A stretch of DNA of 63,806 nucleotides, the filler included, from Octopus bimaculoides (Eukaryota), in NCBI RefSeq assembly GCF_001194135.2. It is 8 parts of 8 records of this genome, joined end to end, with 100 filler letters (N's around TTAATTAATTAA, not from the genome) between each part and the next. Parts side by side here need not be neighbours in the genome. Positions count along the whole stretch, not along the records: positions 35,130 to 42,491 come from NC_068999.1; positions 42,592 to 48,362 come from NC_068989.1; positions 48,463 to 56,754 come from NC_069003.1; 5 more parts are not named here. One strand, written 5' to 3'. Below, in pieces: positions 37,983 to 49,365 of this stretch. The translations under genes were made by a program, and so were the position numbers. Positions within the stretch are counted from its first letter, which is position 1. Each line of letters starts with the position of its first letter. The notes under the pieces are model-generated. The model saw only the letters and a list, made by a program, of their open reading frames with translations. It did not search any database and was not told where the DNA came from.

Positions 37983-39769
37983 TGACACATGAAAGAAAAT
38001 TAACCAGCTATAGTGTGTGTGTGTGTTAGCTCGCGTACGCCTGCATGTATGCGTGTGTGTGTATATTTAGAGGGCGAAGTAAATCTACAAAAGCAATTTT
38101 GGAGTGTATATTTGTATATTATTATTTCAAATCACACTATTCTAAGGTGGAAGTCACATATAGAAATATATTGAGTTACATGTATTCTAAACACATCGAT
38201 TTGAGGCATGAGTGAACAGTCTACGTGTAGAATAATCATTATACATAAAGAAGGTCAGTATATGCGAGAGGGCAGTTATGCCAATATGCTAGGTTATCGT
38301 GTTTATTTTTGTAATTACCCCAATAAGCACACGGTTACGACTTCCCTCTTATGTTCTTTTATTTTTCTACTTTTGCTTAAAAATATTTCTCAGATGTAAT
38401 TCCGCTCCTTATATTTTGTACGACCCATTGTCCTTTTTCAAAGTAAGGATTCAGGAAACACCGTAGTAGTAGTAGTAATAATAATATATATANNNNNNNN
38501 NNNNNNNNNNNNNNNNNNNNNNNNNNNNNNNNNNNNNNNNNNNNNNNNNNNNNNNNNNNNNNNNNNNNNNNNNNNNNNNNNNNNNNNNNNNNNNNNNNNN
38601 NNNNNNNNNNNNNNNNNNNNNNNNNNNNNNNNNNNNNNNNNNNNNNNNNNNNNNNNNNNNNNNNNNNNNNNNNNNNNNNNNNNNNNNNNNNNNNNNNNNN
38701 NNNNNNNNNNNNNNNNNNNNNNNNNNNNNNNNNNNNNNNNNNNNNNNNNNNNNNNNNNNNNNNNNNNNNNNNNNNNNNNNNNNNNNNNNNNNNNNNNNNN
38801 NNNNNNNNNNNNNNNNNNNNNNNNNNNNNNNNNNNNNNNNNNNNNNNNNNNNNNNNNNNNNNNNNNNNNNNNNNNNNNNNNNNNNNNNNNNNNNNNNNNN
38901 NNNNNNNNNNNNNNNNNNNNNNNNNNNNNNNNNNNNNNNNNNNNNNNNNNNNNNNNNNNNNNNNNNNNNNNNNNNNNNNNNNNNNNNNNNNNNNNNNNNN
39001 NNNNNNNNNNNNNNNNNNNNNNNNNNNNNNNNNNNNNNNNNNNNNNNNNNNNNNNNNNNNNNNNNNNNNNNNNNNNNNNNNNNNNNNNNNNNNNNNNNNN
39101 NNNNNNNNNNNNNNNNNNNNNNNNNNNNNNNNNNNNNNNNNNNNNNNNNNNNNNNNNNNATATATATATATATATATATATATATACCATCTTCCCTTGA
39201 TTTACCTCCTCTAATTGACTATATATATATATATGTGTGTAGCATATGTTAAAGAAGGAAATGGAGGTTTTAAACATATAACATCGATTTATTAACATAT
39301 TTTCAATTTTGATATGTCTATTTATTGTTCATATATCTAACTCATTCAAGTTACAAATTTATAAATTAAAATGTCATTTTAGAAATTGACACACATAGAA
39401 TTAACTCTTAATTGATTGAGTCATCTCAACACACTAAACATGTAATCGTTCGTATACTTATGTGTGCATGTGTGTTTAAGCACTGTTATAAAAAAAAAGA
39501 CAAATGAAAGCGTTGTGTGTATGGTTTTTGTTTTTATTTTTTTATGCGTGTGTAAGTTAACATGCTTAAAATCGAAGAACCTGTTAAATTGGGAGATATA
39601 TTATTTTGTATTATGGTTAATAAGAGTGAAATATCTAAAATGGCTGATAGCCAAGACCTGGGTAATAAAATTCATGAAAACAAAATGAAACGATATGGCC
39701 CATACGTAAATACAATTATCTCAAAACCAGATAACTAATAAAAATTGCAATAAAACAATATTACATAGT

Positions 39770-40565
39770 TGATAATTTCAGCTGCAAATCAAATTAAATG
39801 TTTCTTAGTCAAAGCTCTGTACAGGTCTATTTCGAAGCACTTCACTAAGCATAAGAAATACGTGATAATTAACACTAATAAAATTAAAATCGGCTTCTGC
39901 ATCTCACAGAACGCTTCTCAAATTAATTCTTCAATTAATAATACAAGATTGAATAGTTTCTATAATAACACGGATGGGAACAATGCCGATATATTGCAAC
40001 GCAACCGTGATGAATCCAACTAGAGAATAAATACGATGAAACCTTCGGGTAGAGAAAGGGAAATAGCCAAAGAAGTCTCGCAATTTGACCATAAACTTAT
40101 AAATAAGTAAAATAGAACTAATGGTGTGGACATGAATAATATTGGCCTCAATTTTATAATGACAAATGTACATAAAATTTGCGATTACAAATTTTAAAAT
40201 ATTTGATTGTTTAAAGATTTTCGCAAGCATAAAAACCTAATATATAGGTATAAACTAGAATCAGACGGAATGAATCATTATTACATAGGTTCTATGAAAA
40301 AATATATAAAGACAAGAATTGCCAACTTCGAAAACAGAGTTAGAAACAGAAATAAATTTACCAGCACCAGTCTAAGCAGAATAGAATGAGTGTTAAAAAA
40401 AAGTAAATAAATATAACATAAATTGGGAAATAATCAGCCATGCAAAATCCTATAACGTAGGGAATACACATTGTTATTTATATACTAATGAAATCTTACG
40501 AATTTTAAAATCTAAACACAAACGTCTTAATATTAAAGGAGAAAGAAGTTATCCTACAGGCATTC
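39770..40565 (+). mobile_element. Penelope-like element, decayed linker + GIY-YIG endonuclease
   Basis: Frames read ISKHFTKHKKY.IINTNKIKIGFC (cf. IDKHFP..HK.FNRNTVKVSYSC), KNLIYRYKL...YYIGSMKKYIKTRIANF...STSLSR, WEIISHAKSYNVGNTHCYLYTNE..ILK...RLNIKGE. Confidence 0.8.
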
Positions 40566-40649
40566 ATTTAAATATGTGTTTGAAAAATAAATTTAAACAT
40601 AAAATTAAAATACAATATACAAAAAGAATCGAATAAACTATAAATTAAA

Positions 40650-41020
40650 TAGTGGATAAATATAATGTAAAGGAATTTGACAAATCAAGTACATATAAGG
40701 ACCTGAACACTGAAATACAAAACATGTGGCCTCTTAAAGGGTTAACAGTCCCTAGGGTACCCTAGGTATGATAAGAAAGGGATTTCAAAAACATCTATAC
40801 GATATCCCAGGAGAACCATGTCTCAGAGAAATCTCAAAGATTGTGCTGACAACTACTACCCACATCCTTAGAAAACTCCATAAATTTAAATGTCTGTGCT
40901 GTATTACAGGGAAATATTTCGCTACTGCTCCTGCAACTTCCCCTACCTTAACTTTCAGTTTTACTGTCACAACTCTTAAACCTCATTTACCGTAAGATGG
41001 TGGGTGTGTCTCGGCAAGGT
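40650..41020 (+). mobile_element. R4/Dong-like RLE LINE, short 3' fragment with (TAA)n tail
   Basis: KEFDKSSTYKDLNTEIQNMWPLK...GMIRKGFQKHLYDIPGEPCLREISKIVLTTTTHILRKL, then a short UTR and (TAA)n. Confidence 0.85.
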
Positions 41021-41044
41021 TAATAATAATAATAATACTAATAC

Positions 41045-41087
<43 letters not shown>

Positions 41088-41107
41088 TATTATTATTATT
41101 ATTATTA

Positions 41108-41166
<59 letters not shown>

Positions 41167-41170
41167 ATCA
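41021..41170. repeat. (TAA)n joined to (TTA)n, forming an AT-rich palindrome centred at 41086/41087
   Basis: ...taataataa|ttattatta... Confidence 0.95.
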
Positions 41171-43167
41171 ATGTTATTAAGTCTGCTTTTTTGTTACGTC
41201 ATCAGCAGTTGCATCATATGCTCACTACATCTCCTAGATAAAATGCTTCTTTCGTAGAATGTTTTCCGGAACTGCATTATGTTTGAAATGTGTTCGAACA
41301 TGGCTTCTAGTACTTGAAGCGTTCTAAAATTTATACACAGTCATTTAATCATCGTGTACACGAAATCAAATTAAGAAAAAGTTTAAATTATTTCAATAAA
41401 TATTGAACAAGAATAAAGGACGAAAGAAAAAAATGAAAATACACTCAATTAGGAATAGTTACAGCTGAATATCGGAAAATGTATACGTGCAGCCATAAAT
41501 GAAACACACACACACATGTACAAGCAAATACATTCACATACACATACACACATACACAAGCCCGAACACACTTGCAAACATGTCAAATAAGAATATCGAA
41601 AAAGACAGTAAAAAAAAAATATTCGATATAAGATAAACAAGAAATAGTTAAAAGATTTCTAGCTTTTTTGTATCTCAAGAAATGCGTCATGATTTCTCGT
41701 TTTGTTAAGCACCCCCTTCCTGCTTGCTTGTGTCCCCGTCTGACTGACTATCTTTATCTTCCTTTATATCAACCATTTGTTAAGTAAAATTTCTGTCTTT
41801 CAACGCTGTTTGACAAGGAAAGCACACCAATACGACATATATTGCTAATATATTGATAGGTGCCGACATTTGCGGTATATGACTAGGTGTCACAATTTAA
41901 TATACTACGTTCAAAATCTTAATGGATTATAGATCTATAATTGTTTTAAAATTGAGGGTGAGCTGAAAGATCATCCGGAAATACGTCGTATACCCATAAG
42001 TAGGCTATACATCTAGACGTAAGCTCAAGCAACAATATTTAAAATGAAACATACCCAGCCTCAAGTTGAAGGAAATACTCTGTCGATATTTATATTAGAT
42101 TAATGTACATTTTTTCAGTCATATATCTCAAGCCATCAAAGGATAGAGCTAAAAAAATAAAAAAAACCGACGACCATCATAAAGATAATTTATGCATATA
42201 TCGTTACATAAATATTCATATACTTAAAGGGTAGACAATTTATTATGAATTAAGCTCACAAACGATTTATCAAATGCTTTACCTTATGATGGAAAATTTT
42301 TCACGGGACAATACACCCTCACATATTTACCTTACTGTAGATGTAAACTTGAATGCACACTTACACGTATGCATGCATATACTTACATTCGCACATGTAT
42401 CTATATATAACGTCTATTTCCAGAGAAGTGCTTTGATCTAAGCTCGAAAATCGTAATTATTTTGATTAGATATTCGACAAGGAATATATATNNNNNNNNN
42501 NNNNNNNNNNNNNNNNNNNNNNNNNNNNNNNNNNNTTAATTAATTAANNNNNNNNNNNNNNNNNNNNNNNNNNNNNNNNNNNNNNNNNNNNAGAATCAAC
42601 CTACCACGATGTAGCCATCACAGCAACGATGACTTTTGTTCACAATTATATATCCCTGAAAGAGATTTGTATTTATCCAGTTGCATCTCGGTAACATGTG
42701 CTTATACAGAATGATATTCAGCACTGAATATATTCTAATTATTTATAATATAATAAAGGATAAATTCTTTATAAAGAATATATTAAGTAGTCAGCGTGAA
42801 AAAACCTCATAATGAAAAAATAACGAAAAATTTCGTAATGAAAAGATTCATCGTTTCTCCATAGATATATTTAAATATATATAAAAAGGGCATTAACTGT
42901 GTATTAATACCTCACGCTATCTACTTGATATATTCTTATAAAGAATTTATCCTATATTATATTATATATATATATATATATATTATAAATTAACTACCAA
43001 CAAAAATAATTGTTAAGCTAACTCAAAAAATCATCACCAAAATAGCAGAAAAAAAAAACGACAGTGCAGGTATGTAGACTCTTCAAGAATCGACCCTTTT
43101 GGTTATATTAATAATAATAAAGAAGTTACGACGCAAAAACGTATATAATTAAATGAACATATTTATC

Positions 43168-43248
43168 TTCTTCAATATATATTTCAGTATAAAGAATTCA
43201 TTAAGAGACTTAATAAATCAAAATTCCTTTACACGTCTTCAGGAAAAA
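43168..43248 (-). ncRNA. Type I hammerhead ribozyme motif (PLE-associated)
   Basis: Minus: uuuuuc-CUGAAGA-c[guguaaag g aauuu...gaauu cuuuauac]u-GAAA-uauauaU-U-gaagaa; helix I 6 bp, helix II 13 bp plus an inner 6-bp hairpin, palindromic AUAUAUAU helix III; just 3' of a same-strand PLE remnant. Confidence 0.7.
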
Positions 43249-43299
43249 TAAATATAACACCAGAAAACTACATTCGGTTTAAAAATACAAACCGTTGAT

Positions 43300-44190
43300 G
43301 GCGAAAAAATTTCACAATTACAAAACAGCCTTTTCTAAAACAGACCAGTAGATTTTAAACGGCGAAGAACACGCTTCTTTTAAATATCATATGTGTTTGG
43401 CCAGGCACGTTGTAGTTCTATTTTCCGAGTGCTCAAATAAATTTCTTTGCAGATATAGCATCGTTTTCAAAGAATGTTCTGTAGAGCCAGTATATGTCTC
43501 GTATGCACCCATTATATCCATTGGACTTCGGCTCTACAGGCTATGCCTTTGGTTAGGTATTTATCTCCTAAAGAACAGCAATTCTGGTCTTTAAAATTGC
43601 AATTTGGGTCATCTCTTTCTACGGCACCGTCACATTTGTTTTCGATCTTTGCGTTGTTTATTAGAAAGACATGAGAGGCGAAGATTTTGATCAAGAATAG
43701 CTAACATTAAGGGTTCTTCTATGGTGTTTATGATTGGATCGAAAGTGCATAGAAGCTAAATTTAAATATTCTTTGCCTATATTACTTCTAAAGGTGGCGC
43801 TGAAGGATAGACTGAGCCACAAAAACCCTACTAGTCCTAGTTCTAATGGGTCTACTCTGGTACTTTCGTTAGTAATATATTGGATTTTCTCTGAGAATCC
43901 ACTGCTATGCAGAGCATGACTATGATGCGGGCTGGTATTTTGAAAAGCTGTTCCATTTTGAAAACTGTTGCTAACTATATTCCTAAGAATGACAGGTAGG
44001 TGATAGGAACCTTTGTCAATATAGTAGAGCCTTTCATTAAGCTTATGAAAGGCTTAAAATAGTTTGATTCTAAGTCAAGATTAAGGTCTAAAAAATTAAC
44101 ATTATTAAGGTCTGTACCTATTTTAATTATTAAGCTCAATTTTTGGGAGAATACAATAAGATTCTCTCTAAGGACATCGTTCATATTGCT
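43300..44190 (-). mobile_element. Penelope-like element, decayed RT C-terminus/thumb + GIY-YIG
   Basis: Frames read NVNFLDLNLDLESNYFKPF, YYIDKGSYHLP, ALHSSGFSEKIQY, WLSLSFS..RSNIGKEYL...HF, NCNFKDQNCCSLGDKYLTKGI.CRAEV, ETYTGSTEHSLKT...TTCLAKHI*YLKE...WSVLEKA. Confidence 0.9.
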
Positions 44191-44292
44191 GGTGACTATA
44201 AAACTATTGTACCTATATAATCCATATGTGTGTGTGTGTTTGCGTGTGTGTGTGTTTGCGTGTGTGTGTGCGCACGCGCATTTTGTGTAATC

Positions 44293-44331
<39 letters not shown>

Positions 44332-44679
44332 AATAAAAATATGCACAGGCGGATGACGGAGGATCAGACGAAAAAATGCACATAAGACGAAGACATGTTC
44401 AGCCCACATATATTATCGATGAAAAAATCACCACAATGTCGTAAAAACCTGCTGAAACTAATGAGCGGATACACTGAACAGTGTCGAAAACATGAGATCG
44501 TAAACAACGACACAATAAGGACAAGACAAAATAAAAACGACACAGGTAGTTTTTATGCATATAAATATATACATACGTATAAGCGTCTTACGTCTATCAG
44601 ACAGCATTATGATAGGAAATGTGCAGAAGTAACGCTAATGGGGAAATGTCTCATGCGGCTTCAAAAGAAAATTAAAGAG

Positions 44680-45180
44680 CTAGAAGGATGGGAAGAAGGA
44701 AGGTCAGCGGTCACGCAGGAAAAGAATGAGTGAACGGGGGAGCAAGGGTTGGTCACGTGGTACAGAAAAGATAGGAGTAGAGCGATATCATTGATGAGTA
44801 GAGAGAAAAGCAGAGGGTGGAGGAGAGGTAAGTGTCGTACAAAGAGGAGGTTGAGTAGGAAGCGAGGAGTGGAAGAACATATAGGAAGAAAGGAGTGAAG
44901 GGAGATAGAGGGGGGAATAGTGGAAAATAGTTGACAGAAGTGGATGGAGGAAGAAATGGAAACAAAATGCAAAGAGAAAATGGGCAGATAGAAGGAAACT
45001 CTTGGTATAGATATGGATTGCGGAGAGAAAGAAAGGTAATAAAGGAATGGTGCACTGGAAAAAGATAGAGAATGATAAAGTGAAAGGGGGTAACCAGAAA
45101 AAAACAATACAAGTAACGTGATCAGAGGGAAGATAGACAAAAAGGAGAGGGGAAGAAAGAAAGATAGAGAGAGGTGTCGC
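44680..45180 (+). repeat. Non-periodic polypurine (GA-rich) tract
   Basis: Strong G/A bias over ~500 bp. Confidence 0.8.
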
Positions 45181-45249
45181 ACCGGAAATTACACGCAGTG
45201 TGTACCCACATAAATATGAAAATTGGAATAAAAATCTAGTATAGACATG

Positions 45250-45800
45250 GTACAACTTAGAACTTAGATAAAACTTAGATATGTTTCGACCAATGATTGG
45301 TCCAGGCCATGTCTAACTTAATAGCACCAACTGATAGGATTATCTAAATCCTTTTTACAGTCAAGTTTTGTTTATGGTCCATTCAAGTAGTGAGTTCTTA
45401 TTGAGTGAGTTGTATTCAGGTATGGGTGGCTTGTCTGGCATTCTTTGAAGAAAGCTGTCTGGACTCCTTTTAAAGCTGATAGGATCCTTTTCCTCTTTTA
45501 TCTGTTTCGGAAAAATGTTAAACAGGGCAGGGCCTGTTGCGGGGAAGAAATTATGCCGCAATGTACCTATATGCTGTGATCCTGAATTGGGCAGGGAACG
45601 TATGGCTCGTGGTCTTAGCCTTGGATGAACCTTGAAACTAATGTTCAGGTCGTTTGGAAAATGCTGGCGGTATATTTTACACATCGTACAAATGAAGTAA
45701 CGCTCGCGGCGGCGCTGGAGAGAGTAGAGCTTCAAGGCTTTAAGACGGTCCCAGTAATCAAGATCAGTCATGTCTTCAATTCGTTTGGTGAGCGCCCTCA
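45250..45800 (-). mobile_element. CR1/L2-group LINE, 5'-truncated 3' end with 3' UTR hairpin and short tandem tail
   Basis: Stop-free ORF 45361-45801: LDYWDRLKALKLYSLQRRRERYFI...GPALFNIFPKQIKEEKDPISFKRSPDSFLQRMPDKPP...NSLLEW; UTR gaccaat-c-attggtc hairpin and (at)ctaagtt repeats. Confidence 0.88.
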
Positions 45801-46255
45801 ATTCGTTTGGTGGTATACATAATTATGCTTAGCGCGGTCTGAATCTTAAATTCTAACTCCATCAGGGTGAGATATTCTAGAAGCGGAAAGTTCGTCTAGA
45901 AGAAGATCGATATTATGCATTATGAAAGTTGAAACACACAAATGATATCAGATGTAAGGAATGTATCCATGTGAAAAGCTGTATATACAATTTTTCATGT
46001 CATGAAGTTTTATCTTTAGAGTTTTTTTCGAATGGTTTATGATTAGTTTTTAAAACAACGCATTTATGCAAGCAGATACAATACTTGGGAAATATCTCAT
46101 GAAAACGTAAATGTAGAACAATGTATAAACTAGCATAGATTCTGATCGTTTCAGCAGCAGAATCACAGCATGCTTTTCAGAAGATGAAAACATTTTTTAC
46201 ATTCGTCAACGTCTGTCTTTGTACACACACACACACACACTCACACACACGCACA

Positions 46256-46293
<38 letters not shown>

Positions 46294-46864
46294 TTCACAC
46301 CCAAACACGCGTTTGCATATATATATACACACACACACANNNNNNNNNNCTAGTACGCTCATACGTTACGCGGTCATCGGGTTTATGTAGTGACAGTCAG
46401 GTTCCACAGTTGACAACTGTATAAAAATAACTATTAAAAAAAAGAAAGAACGTTGTAAAAAGCACCGAAGTATTTTTCAGAGGGTGTTTAATAAAATATT
46501 ACCGCTTTCGATGTATCCATCTTGTCAACTGTTAGAAATAGAAAGAATTTTGTGGAGAGTCAGTGAAAAAAAAAATTTGGTGAAGTTTAACATTTTATAC
46601 CTAATTTTGAGTTTTGAATGAAACTTTTCTTTAGTCAGTCTCTTATAAATGTTTTGCCTATGTAGGTTCAAGAGTTCAAGTTTCAAGAAGTCTTCTGAAC
46701 CGAATGGGAAACCTCTCTTCCTGGTTTAACCAGCTCTGTGTGTGTGATTGGCATATATTGTCAAAACAGTTTTCTTTTTTCCTTTTTTCTATTGACAGAA
46801 AATGGTTGAATGATTTTAAGTTTATTTAGTAAATTAGGGTGTAATTATTTGCCAGTTGTATATT

Positions 46865-47675
46865 CACCAAACTGAATATTCCGTTTAACCTGGCAAAACG
46901 AATTTGTACAATTGTGTCAGACCCGTCTAAGTGTGAACAAAGACGAGAAGAAATTAAAAACATACTATCCGAAAAGCATTCCCACTCGGCTTAATCATCA
47001 ATGGAATAGACAGGGCAAAATATATTGATACCCAGGAACTAAGGAAAACGAAAAGCAAAACAAAGAAAAATATGTTTCCATATGTGTCAACGTTCAATAC
47101 CAGAAACCCTGAAATATTTGACTTTATAGACAAAATTCTGCTCAATCTATTTGGCGATGAAAAAAATATAAAAAATTGGGTAACATATCAAATTATCAAA
47201 ACTAAAAGGCAGCCCCAAACCTTCATGCAAATCTTAAATGAAACAAAAACCCATAAGCAAATCCCCAACCTAAATGTGATAAAATGTGAAAGAAAAAGAT
47301 TGCAGCACCTGCTTAACCCTAATAGAAGGACCAAACTTCATATTTAAAGATGGACGAACCTTTAAAGTAAAAGTAAATATTACCTGTAACTCCTAAAACC
47401 TAATTTGCACAATATGATGTGGATGCCAGCAAAACTACATTGAACAGACAAGTGTTTCATTACACAAAAGAATGACGATACACCGCCAACAGATCCGAGA
47501 CGAGAGCACAACGAAGATTCTCCTAAGTAGACACACTGCAAACTGTGCGGGAATGACCTTACCCAATTTTAAAATCTTCCCGCCTCTACAAATGCTCGGA
47601 CATTTTCATCCAACAACAGAGAATAAACAAGAATTCAATTCATAAAAGAATACAAACCAGCTAAAAATCAAAACA
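46865..47675 (+). mobile_element. Penelope-like element (CxxC-linker type), decayed thumb + GIY-YIG
   Basis: NIPFNLAKRICTIVSD, FPYVSTFNTRNP, KCERKR-CSTCLTLIEG..F.FKDGRTFKVK.NITCNS*NLICTI*CGCQQNYIEQT..SLHKRMTIHRQQIRD...LSRH..NC. Confidence 0.9.
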
Positions 47676-47856
47676 CCCACCATTACTCAATAATTAAGGA
47701 CCTGTCGCACACACACATACAAACCACAATAGCTCACGAACCAGAATAACACACGCACCACAAAATCACACACACACAAAACATTCCTATAAAACGCAAC
47801 ATGCACCAGAGAAACTCACACTACAATAACACGCACACACTAAAATTATATGCGCG

Positions 47857-47901
<45 letters not shown>

Positions 47902-48170
47902 CATTTCCATAAAACAAAACACACACACCACAATAAAACACAGAAAAAATCATCTCCATCAAACCAAAAACTCACTTCATAAATCCATACACCACAAATT
48001 CGAGAACGTGTTTCCAAAAAACAAGAAAAATACACATGGATATGCGCACACGTACACCATCAAAACAAAATCGCACATACAGATACACACACATATACCA
48101 CTAAAAATATACTGACAGAGAGACAAAACAACATACACGCTACAAATACATATTTCCGAAAGACAAAAAC

Positions 48171-48229
<59 letters not shown>

Positions 48230-49170
48230 CTGGTCAGAACTACTGACCACATCCTCTCAATAGGAAAAAGATAAAAAGAAAATTACTCCCCCAAGTAAAC
48301 TCACGTACAAACACACATACACACACATACACATATACAGCAAAACAAATGGTAAATGATTCNNNNNNNNNNNNNNNNNNNNNNNNNNNNNNNNNNNNNN
48401 NNNNNNTTAATTAATTAANNNNNNNNNNNNNNNNNNNNNNNNNNNNNNNNNNNNNNNNNNNNTATATATATATATATATATGCGTCTGTAAATATGTGTA
48501 TGTCTGTACAAGGAGCATCGCTACGGTTGAACGGTAATTAGTGACCTAAGAAGCTACAAAAATGATAAACCGCAGGGCTATCGTGCTCGACTTCTGAAAC
48601 GCGATAGCTTTAGACACAAATCTACTCCGTTCAGAGACACAATGGCAACGCAAATGCTTCCTTTATCATCAAAGACAGCATTTTTCTCCTACTACTAACT
48701 AGAAATACTAATTTCTTTCATTTTAAACAGCTGTCGTAGCTGTAAGAATTTTGAAGCTCAATAACGACAGCAACGCAATCTCTAAACATTTCACAGCACA
48801 AGAAGCTTATATTATTTTCCTGTCATGAATGATATTCTTCGCTGTTAATGAAACGCGCGTGGGATGATGTAACTAAATGTTTTATGAACAAACTCACCTG
48901 CCTTGTATTTTATCGTATGCATCAGGTGTGTTGATGTGTGCAGCGTTTCAGCGGAAAAACCTAAAGTTATATAAAAACATGTTCTGGCCATACAAATATT
49001 TAAATGTATGGATACACTATATATGCAAAACTAAAAAATGGTTAACAATTTCATACGTGTGGGAATCTAATATAGCAACGGAAATAACCCGACATATTTA
49101 GTATAGCTTACTGTGTAAGCGTGTGAGTGTGTATGTGTGTGTGTGTCTCATACACACACATACACACACA

Positions 49171-49365
49171 CCGCTTGACAACCGGACTTGGTTTGTTTAC
49201 CAAGACCTGTTGTCACTTAGCATTTCATCAAACAATGGCCGATAGAATAAGTACCAGGCCTTTAACAAATAAGTCCTTCAGTCAATTCATTCGATTAAAG
49301 GAATTCTTCAAGGTGATACCCCAGCTTGGCCAGTCAAGTGACCGAAACAAGTAATAGATAAAAGA
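49171..49365 (+). mobile_element. SINE family B, decayed 3' half
   Basis: ccgcttgacaaccgg...ccgatagaataagtaccaggc...ccccagcttggccagtcaagtgaccgaaacaagtaa. Confidence 0.82.

Noticed and set aside
42650-42705. ccc-CUGAAA-gagau...aucuc-gguaa-caugu
   Set aside because: The core and GAAA are both mutated, position 17 is G, and there is no helix I.
45255-45320. Minus-strand cctg-gaccaatcattggtc-gaaac looks like a hammerhead helix II + GAAA
   Set aside because: The core lacks ANGA and no helix I or III can be formed; better explained as the LINE 3' UTR stem-loop.
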